Positions 57,920 to 64,000 of a stretch of DNA of 64,000 bases are shown here, one piece after another. The stretch is from an uncultured Planctomycetia bacterium (GTDB lineage Bacteria; Omnitrophota; Gorgyraeia; 1-14-0-20-64-10). The notes beneath the pieces are model-generated. The model was not told where the DNA came from. It worked only from the letters and a program-made list of their open reading frames with translations, and did no database searches. The DNA lies in the NCBI GenBank assembly GCA_964372395.1, contig CAYJQV010000005.1, positions 126-64,125 on the forward strand. The letters run 5' to 3'. The position numbers and the translations under genes were made by a program. The first letter of the stretch is position 1; each line of letters starts with the position of its first letter.

Positions 57920-58044
57920 GGCAGTGCGTCTCCCTCTATGTGACTACATTTGAGCTACATCTGGAGTATCGCACACGGGGCCCCCCGGGTCAAGAGCGCT
58001 TTGGGCCGGTGGTGCACCGCCGGGAGGATGGCCCGCGGGTGGAT

Positions 58045-59028
58045 TCAGGCATCGGCGAGGAGGGCGGCCAGGGCGGTGCGGAGGTTCACGTTGCGCTCGA
58101 CGCAGCCGTGGATCCAGTAGGTCCGATCGATCCGATCGAGAAGCTCCTCCGGCGAGGCGGGCAGCAGCCGCTGCAGATCCTTCCCGCGGTCCGGATGGAT
58201 CAGCCACCTCGAATCACCCCCAAGCTGCAGCAGCAGGAGATCCCTCCACCAGCCGGCGTACCACTCCAGCGCCTCCTGAACCTCCTCCCGGGGCGCCCGG
58301 CCCAGGGGAACCTCGAGAGCGCCGTTCCGCCGAGCGGAGAGAAGCTGGTTCAACGCATCGTTCTTCGAGGCGAGCCGCCCGCTGCGATGCAAGGCCAGCG
58401 CCCGTCCCAGCCGGCCGCCGGAGGAAATCGCCAGCCGGTGCGCTTCGGCCGGGTCGAGACGTTCCGCCTCGGTGAGGTGCCGCTGGACCCGGTCGATCCC
58501 CTGCGCCACGCAGCGGATCACGTGGCAGCGCGACACAAGGGTCGCCGGCAGGCGGTGCGGTGCCTGGCTGATGAGGATGAAAACGGTCCGCTCCGGCGGC
58601 TCCTCCAGGAGCTTGAGACAGGCGTGCGCCGCTTCCTCGGTCATCTGCTCGGCGTCGTCCGCGATCCCGATCTTCCAGCGGCCTTCAAACGGCGTCAGCG
58701 CGACCTGGCTCTCCAGCCGACGGATCTGGTCAATCCGGATCTGTTTGAGGCGGCGCTCCTCTGTCGCTTCCGGCAGCGCTTCCGGCTGAATGAGGATCAG
58801 ATCCGGATGCCTCTCCTCGCCGACCTTCCGGCACGCGGGACAGCGGTCGCAGGAATCCCCGGAATGTGCATCGCACTGCAGCGCCTTGGCCCACTCCCGC
58901 GCCAGGTGCCGCTTGCCCACTCCCTCCGGCCCGACGAGCAAGGCGGTGTGCGGGACCCTGCCCAGGCGGATCTGCGCCGCGAGCAGGCGAACCACCGGCT
59001 CATTTCCGACGACACTGGCCCAGGACAT
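58045..59028 (-). CDS. holB: DNA polymerase III delta-prime subunit
   Basis: About 328 aa from the internal Met (MSWASVVGNEP...); HALLVGPEGVGKRHLA, zinc module CDRCPACRK, and an SRC-like box. Confidence 0.75.
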   Translation of the reverse strand: MSWASVVGNEPVVRLLAAQIRLGRVPHTALLVGPEGVGKRHLAREWAKALQCDAHSGDSCDRCPACRKVGEERHPDLILIQPEALPEATEERRLKQIRIDQIRRLESQVALTPFEGRWKIGIADDAEQMTEEAAHACLKLLEEPPERTVFILISQAPHRLPATLVSRCHVIRCVAQGIDRVQRHLTEAERLDPAEAHRLAISSGGRLGRALALHRSGRLASKNDALNQLLSARRNGALEVPLGRAPREEVQEALEWYAGWWRDLLLLQLGGDSRWLIHPDRGKDLQRLLPASPEELLDRIDRTYWIHGCVERNVNLRTALAALLADA

Positions 59029-59629
59029 CCCGGATCGCCTCCCGCACCTTGCGCTGAACCTCACCGACGGGCCGATCCGCCCGGATCAACCGGATCCGCC
59101 GGCGGTCCCGCCGCGCCAGCGCCAGATACCCCCGCCGCACCCTCTCATGAAACGCCCGGGGCCTGGCCTCCATCCGGTTGGGACGGCGCACGCGCCGAAG
59201 TCCGTGCCGGACCGGAACGTCCAGCACGATCGTCCGATCGGGACGCAGTCCTGCAGTCGCCGCCCGGCCGACCTTCTCGACAAGCCCCGCCGGCACCCCG
59301 CCCGCCCAGCCCTGGTAGACCCAGGTCGAATCCTGGAATCGATCCACCACCACGATCTTTCCTGCCCGAAGCGCCGGCCGGATCACCTGTGAAACCAGCG
59401 CGCACCGCGCGGCCTCCACCAGCAGCAGCTCCACCAGCGGGGTCACCGAATCCTCCCGGGATGAAAGCAGGATCCTCCGCAGGCGGTTTCCAAGCGCGGT
59501 CCCGCCCGGTTCCCGCGTGAGCAGGACCGCGTGCCCCCGCGCCTTAAGCCAGCGGGCCAGCGCGCGGGCGTGCGTGGACTTGCCGGCCCCCTCCGGCCCT
59601 TCGAACGAGATGAGGAGACCCCTCTTCAT
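59000..59629 (-). CDS. tmk: Thymidylate kinase
   Basis: About 210 aa from the internal Met (MKRGLLISFEGPEGAGKST..., DRF, LID region); the 89-aa upstream extension is rejected. Confidence 0.85.
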   Translation of the reverse strand: MKRGLLISFEGPEGAGKSTHARALARWLKARGHAVLLTREPGGTALGNRLRRILLSSREDSVTPLVELLLVEAARCALVSQVIRPALRAGKIVVVDRFQDSTWVYQGWAGGVPAGLVEKVGRAATAGLRPDRTIVLDVPVRHGLRRVRRPNRMEARPRAFHERVRRGYLALARRDRRRIRLIRADRPVGEVQRKVREAIRDVLGQCRRK

Positions 59630-59645
59630 CGCATCCGCCTTTTTG

Positions 59646-61088
59646 TCATCTCCGAGGGCGGATGACGGTCCCGCCCGATGTATCCTCCAGGATGAATCCC
59701 TGCTCCTGGATCTCCCTGCGGTACCGGTCCGCCTCCTCGAATCGCCTCTCGCGGCGGGCGAGGTCTCTCTTCCCCGCCAGCTCCTGGATCTCCGCGGGAA
59801 TCTCCGCGCGCCCGAGGCGCAGGCCGAGGATCCCCGCGAGCTCCCGCAAGGCCCTGGCCGCTCCGACGAGCCGGCCCTTCGCGGAGGCATCCGCAAACCA
59901 CCCGCGGGCCTGCTGCGCCAGCATGAACAGGGCGCTCAGCGCCTCAGAGGTGTTCAGATCGTCCTCCAGAGCCGCCGTGAATCGAGCGCGGGATTCCCGG
60001 ATTTCGCCGCTCTCTTCCTCCTGCACCTTTCCGACCCTCTGCTCCACCTGCACCAGAAAATCATCCAGCGTCTCCAGCGCCCGGGCCGACTCTCCGAGGC
60101 GATCCCGGGTGAAGTCCATCGGGGAACGGTAATGAGCCCCAAGGAAGAAGAGCCGGAGGACATCGGCAGGGTGCCTCTCCAGCGCCTGCGGGATGGTGAT
60201 CACGTTGCCGGCCGACTTGGCCATCTTCTGGCCCGCCACCGTGAGCAGGCCATTGTGGAGCCAGACGCGCGCGAACGGCTTGCCGGCCCCGACCGCCTGC
60301 GCCAGCTCATTCTCATGATGCGGGAAGAGGAGGTCCATCCCGCCGCCGTGGATGTCAAAGGCATCTCCGAGGAGGGACGTGGCCATGGTGGAGCATTCGA
60401 TGTGCCAGCCGGGACGCCCGGCCCCCCAGGGGCTGGTCCACTGCGGCTCCTCCGGCTTGGCGTTCTTCCAGAGCGCGAAATCCAGCGGATCCCTCTTCCC
60501 CTCCCCCGTCTCCCCCCGCGCTCCCTCCAGCATCTCGTCCAGCTTCCGGTGAGAGAGGGGGCCGTACGGGTGGACCGCGCTGAACGCCCGCACGGAGAAG
60601 TAGACCCCGTCGCTTCCCCGGTACGCCATTCCCCGCCGGACGAGCTCCCCGATGAAGGCGATCATCTGCGGGATGAACTCCGTGGCCCTCGGCTCCTCCT
60701 GCGGGGGCTGGAGCCCCAGCCGGGTGAAGTCCGCCTGGAAACGCTCCGTGAAATGCTCCGCGACGGCCCGAGTCCGCCCCTTCAAATCCAAAGGGGTCTG
60801 ACCCCTTTGGGCGGCATCTCTCAGCTCGCCTGAGTCAGGGGTCAGACCCCTGGCCCGTTCGATGATCTTGTCGTCCAGATCGGTGATGTTGCGGACGTAG
60901 GTGACCTGATGGCCGGACGCCTCCAGGAAGCGCCGGAGGACATCGAACACCACCGCGCCCCGCGCGTGCCCGATGTGGCAGTCGTCGTAGACGGTCACCC
61001 CGCAGACGTAGATCGTCACCCGCGGGGGATGGAGCGGCTGGAACAGCTCCTTCTTTCCGGAGAGGGTGTTGAACAAGCGGAGGGACAT
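59646..61088 (-). CDS. cysS: Cysteinyl-tRNA synthetase
   Basis: 480 aa; HIGH (CHIGHARG), zinc-binding Cys, KMSKS (KMAKS); contains an in-frame insertion of about 29 aa (RGLTPDSGELRDAAQRGQTPLDLKGRTRA) from the repeat element at 60791..60854. Confidence 0.95.
   Translation of the reverse strand: MSLRLFNTLSGKKELFQPLHPPRVTIYVCGVTVYDDCHIGHARGAVVFDVLRRFLEASGHQVTYVRNITDLDDKIIERARGLTPDSGELRDAAQRGQTPLDLKGRTRAVAEHFTERFQADFTRLGLQPPQEEPRATEFIPQMIAFIGELVRRGMAYRGSDGVYFSVRAFSAVHPYGPLSHRKLDEMLEGARGETGEGKRDPLDFALWKNAKPEEPQWTSPWGAGRPGWHIECSTMATSLLGDAFDIHGGGMDLLFPHHENELAQAVGAGKPFARVWLHNGLLTVAGQKMAKSAGNVITIPQALERHPADVLRLFFLGAHYRSPMDFTRDRLGESARALETLDDFLVQVEQRVGKVQEEESGEIRESRARFTAALEDDLNTSEALSALFMLAQQARGWFADASAKGRLVGAARALRELAGILGLRLGRAEIPAEIQELAGKRDLARRERRFEEADRYRREIQEQGFILEDTSGGTVIRPRR
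60791..60854. repeat. Family-1 composite element inside cysS: AAAGGGGTCTGACCCCTTT ... CTCAG-ctcgc-CTGAG ... CAGGGGTCAGACCCCTG
   Basis: Two oppositely oriented GGGGTC(T/A)GACCCC cores (60794-60806, 60839-60851) flanking a small internal hairpin. Confidence 0.85.
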
Positions 61089-61091
61089 CCG

Positions 61092-61788
61092 CTAAGCCTT
61101 CTCGCGGTGTTCCTTGAGCTGGTGCTCGATGGAATCGATCTCGCGCTGGAGCTTTTCCAGGGCCTGCGCCAGCGGATCCGGCAGGTTGGTGTGGTCCAGG
61201 TTGATGCCGGGGAAATGGCGGCCCTGCTGCCGCACGATCCGGCCGGGAACTCCGACCACCACCGAATCGGCGGGGACCTCCCGGACGACGACGGCGTTGG
61301 CGCCGATCTGCACGTTGTCTCCGATCGTGAAGCTTCCCAGCACCTTCGCCCCGGTTCCGACCACCACATTGTCGCCGAGGGTGGGGTGCCGCTTCCCCTT
61401 CTGCTTTCCGGTCCCGCCCAGGGTGACTCCCTGGAAGAGGGTGACGTTATCCCCGATCACCGTCGTCTCACCGATCACCACCCCCATCCCGTGGTCGATG
61501 AAGAGCCCCCGGCCGATCGTGGCGCCCGGATGGATCTCAATGCCGGTGAGGCCCCGGGTGGTCTGCGAGAGGAGACGAGCGAGGAACCGAAGGCCCATCC
61601 CGTGCAGGAAATGGGCCGCGCGATGAGAGGCAATCGCCTGCACGCTGGGGTACAGGAGGAGAACCTCCCATGCGGACCGGGCGGCGGGATCCCGCTCCAG
61701 CGCGGCCCGGATCTCCTCCCGCATCGCCCAGCGCAGCCAGAGGACAAAGGCAACCCCTGCTCCAATCGCCCACCCGAACACGTTCATC
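61092..61788 (-). CDS. cysE: Serine O-acetyltransferase
   Basis: About 232 aa from the internal Met (MNVFGWAIG...); a SATase N-terminal domain and the hexapeptide-repeat [44 protein letters not shown]; the 96-aa upstream extension is rejected. Confidence 0.85.
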
Positions 61789-62275
61789 GCGCCTTCCGTC
61801 GGCCTCTCTCCTCCACCAGAACCACCGCGTACGCCCCGATCGCCTTCTTCGCCCCGATCGGCCCCAGACCCTCCATCGTCTTCGCCTTCAGGTTCACCCG
61901 GCCCGGCTCCAGATTCAGCGTCCGCGCTACCGATTCCCGGATCGCTTTCCGGTGCGCGGACAGCTTCGGGCTCTCCGCCAGCACCACCAGGTCCACGTTG
62001 GAGACGCGGCAGCCCTGCCTGGAAACCTGCCTCAGCGCCCGCGAGACGAAGAGCCGGCTCGGCGCGTTCTTCCATTTCGGGTCGCTGTCCGGAAAGAAGG
62101 CCCCGATGTCTCCCTCGCCCACCGCACCGAGCAGCGCGTCGCAGAGGGCATGGAGGAGCACATCCGCATCGGAGTGCCCGTCGAGGCCCTTCGGCGAGGG
62201 GATCCGGATCCCCCCCAGCACGAGCGGCCGCCTGGCCGTCAGCCGATGGATGTCAAACCCGATTCCGATTCGCAT
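61784..62275 (-). CDS. ispF: 2-C-methyl-D-erythritol 2,4-cyclodiphosphate synthase
   Basis: 163 aa; [12 protein letters not shown]...[19 protein letters not shown] signature. Confidence 0.9.
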   Translation of the reverse strand: MRIGIGFDIHRLTARRPLVLGGIRIPSPKGLDGHSDADVLLHALCDALLGAVGEGDIGAFFPDSDPKWKNAPSRLFVSRALRQVSRQGCRVSNVDLVVLAESPKLSAHRKAIRESVARTLNLEPGRVNLKAKTMEGLGPIGAKKAIGAYAVVLVEERGRRKAR

Positions 62276-62951
62276 GGCTCCTCAGAAGGGCTTCGGCGAT
62301 CACCAGATCCTCCGGGGTCGTCACCTTGATGTTGCGATGGGAGCCGGCCACAATCCTCACCCTCCAGCCCAGCTTCTCGACGAGGGCCGCATCATCGGTC
62401 GCCTCCGTCCCGTTGGCCCGGCCCCTCCGGTGCGCCCGCTCCAGAAGATCCCGCCGGAAAACCTGCGGGGTCTGAACCGCCCAGAGGCGGCTGCGGTCCA
62501 GGGTCCTCAAGACCCAACCGTCCCGGGCCTCCTTGATCGTTGGAACGACCGGCACTGCGGTGATGGCGGCCCCGTCGCAGGCACCGCGGATCGCCCGATG
62601 GATGAGGGCCGGCGTCACCAGCGGCCGCGCCGCATCGTGCACCAGCACCCACTCCGCCTCCCTGGGGAGCGCCCTCATCCCCTGAAAGACGGAGGCCCTG
62701 CGCGAAGCCCCGCCCGGCACCACGCATGAAACCTTGCTGAAGCGGAGCCTCCGTACCAGTCGGCGGACCGCAGGCAGGTCCTTCCGATGAGCAACCACGA
62801 CGATCTCACGCACCGCCCGGCTCGACTGCAGGGCGGCCAGGGCCCAGCAAAGCATCGGCTGACCCGCCAGCGGGACAAACGGCTTGTGCGTCCGAACCCC
62901 CATCCGCCGGCCCACCCCGCCCGCGGCCAGGATGGCAGCAACCATCCCCAT
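62253..62951 (-). CDS. ispD: 2-C-methyl-D-erythritol 4-phosphate cytidylyltransferase
   Basis: About 233 aa from the internal Met (MGMVAAILAAGGVGRRMG...KPFVPLAG...); the 91-aa upstream extension is rejected. Confidence 0.85.
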   Translation of the reverse strand: MGMVAAILAAGGVGRRMGVRTHKPFVPLAGQPMLCWALAALQSSRAVREIVVVAHRKDLPAVRRLVRRLRFSKVSCVVPGGASRRASVFQGMRALPREAEWVLVHDAARPLVTPALIHRAIRGACDGAAITAVPVVPTIKEARDGWVLRTLDRSRLWAVQTPQVFRRDLLERAHRRGRANGTEATDDAALVEKLGWRVRIVAGSHRNIKVTTPEDLVIAEALLRSHANRNRV

Positions 62952-63282
62952 CCTCAGGAGAGAGGGGCATGTTGGGGAGGGTGGGAAACTCTCCCCAACA
63001 AGACCACCGAGGGGGCGCAAGCCCCCGAGCCCCGGGAAGGGGGACTGGGCCGCCACGGCCCCTCTCCTCCCTGGCGGCCCAGGGGAGCCGTGCGCCGAGC
63101 GGAGCGAGGGAAAGCGAGGCCGTCGGGCCGAGCGACAGCACGGCGGGTGGCCGACCCGGAGGCCGCCAGGGGGCGGCCGGAGGGCGCCCCAGGGGCGTGC
63201 GGAGGAAACAATGCTTCCCCCCAACCAGCGGAGCGCGTTTCCCCCCTGGAACGGGCAGCGACCATGGACCGGCGAGCTTCGT

Positions 63283-64000
63283 TCACCTGCCCGACTTCCA
63301 GCCGGTGCGGGGCTCCCCGTTCTCCGGCTTGGCGAAGATCATCCGGCCCGCCGCCGTCTGGAGCACGCTGGTCACCTGCACGCGCACCGTCTGCCCGATG
63401 AGGTTCCTGCCCTGCTCCACCACCACCATCGTCCCGTCGTCCAGGTACGCCACCCCCTGGTTGTACTCCTTCCCCTCCTTGATCACCCGGGCCTCCATGA
63501 TCTCCCCGGGCAGCACCACCGGCTTCAGGGCGTTCGCCAGCTCATTGATGTTGAGCACCTGCACGCCCTGCAGCTCGGCGATCTTGTTGAGGTTGAAGTC
63601 GTTGGTGAGGATCTTCCCCCCCAACAGCTTCGCCAGCTTGACCAGCTTGGCGTCCACCTCCTTCACGTCCGCGAAGTCCTCCTCCTGAATCCGGACATCG
63701 ACGCTGGGGATCTTCTGGATCTTGGCCAGGACATCCAGCCCGCGGCGTCCCCGGTTGCGCTTCATGGGATCCTGGCTGTCGGCAATCTGCTGCAGCTCCT
63801 TGAGCACGAACCGGGGAACGACAAAACGGCCCTCAACGAATTTCGTCTGGCAGATGTCGGCGATCCGCCCGTCGATGACGACGCTGGTGTCGAGAATGAT
63901 CAGGTCCTCCCGCTGATCCTGCCGGGCGAACTTGACGTAGGGGATGATGATGTTGAATTCATCGCGACCCCGCAGGGCGATCGCCATTCCGAAGTAGCAG
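63283..64000 (-). CDS. PIN + TRAM domain protein (YacL-like), 5'-truncated by the window edge
   Basis: [15 protein letters not shown] (PIN) and a C-terminal TRAM-like beta-barrel ([24 protein letters not shown]); the reading frame is still open at position 64000. Confidence 0.6.
   Translation of the reverse strand, partial: CYFGMAIALRGRDEFNIIIPYVKFARQDQREDLIILDTSVVIDGRIADICQTKFVEGRFVVPRFVLKELQQIADSQDPMKRNRGRRGLDVLAKIQKIPSVDVRIQEEDFADVKEVDAKLVKLAKLLGGKILTNDFNLNKIAELQGVQVLNINELANALKPVVLPGEIMEARVIKEGKEYNQGVAYLDDGTMVVVEQGRNLIGQTVRVQVTSVLQTAAGRMIFAKPENGEPRTGWKSGR

Noticed and set aside
62952-63282. RNase P RNA / tmRNA / SRP RNA in the GC-rich spacer
   Set aside because: The universally conserved P4 AGGAAAGUCCGGGCUCC, the tmRNA ends and the SRP domain-IV motif were looked for on both strands and not found. 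It is kept only as an unclassified structured region.

Overview
This is a 64-kb stretch of a high-GC (about two-thirds G+C by eye) bacterial chromosome. The organism looks diderm and LPS-producing (lipid A / Kdo / heptosyltransferase genes, periplasmic SodC, type IV pilus genes pilT/pilD). Almost everything from about 4.4 kb to the end of the window is encoded on the minus strand.

Recognisable content, in order:
- A + strand signalling cluster: FIST sensor, GAF histidine kinase, a receiver domain, and a receiver-GGDEF protein with a degenerate GGDDF motif.
- Two VapBC-type toxin-antitoxin pairs flanking a 1,329-aa secreted protein of unknown function with a degenerate PfkB-like C-terminal domain.
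- gltB.
- An LPS inner-core / lipid A cluster: a DUF3108 lipoprotein, three GT9 heptosyltransferases, a GT4, a GT4-GT9 fusion, an LpxL-ELM1 fusion, lpxK and waaA.
- xerC/D, topA, an NTase-fold ORF translationally coupled to a ThiS-like gene, dprA, aroK, aroC, pilD, aroE.
- leuA-ilvC-ilvH-ilvB-ilvD.
- An excisionase-family HTH gene and a 1,037-aa secreted hypothetical protein.
- dtd, sodC, an alpha/beta hydrolase, pilT, alr, tsaB, tsaE, thiL, a CPBP protease, a TatD-radical SAM fusion, a nifS-like cysteine desulfurase, an HD-GYP protein (+ strand), metG, RelE/Phd, holB, tmk.
- cysS-cysE-ispF-ispD and a partial yacL-like PIN/TRAM gene, an order that matches the Bacillus subtilis arrangement.

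The most distinctive sequence-level feature is a dispersed family of near-palindromic GGGGTC(T/A)GACCCC elements, either as inverted pairs or as 15-bp tandem arrays. They are inserted in frame into housekeeping genes (gltB, a heptosyltransferase tail, dprA, the ilvD stop codon, cysS) and are always read as GSDP or G(Q/L)TP peptides. A second palindrome family (…GAGGGAACCTKGRGTTCCCTC…) occurs in two intergenic regions.

No rRNA, tRNA or CRISPR array was found. Long ORFs antisense to recognisable genes, and Arg/Pro/Ala-rich N-terminal extensions, are treated as high-GC artefacts.
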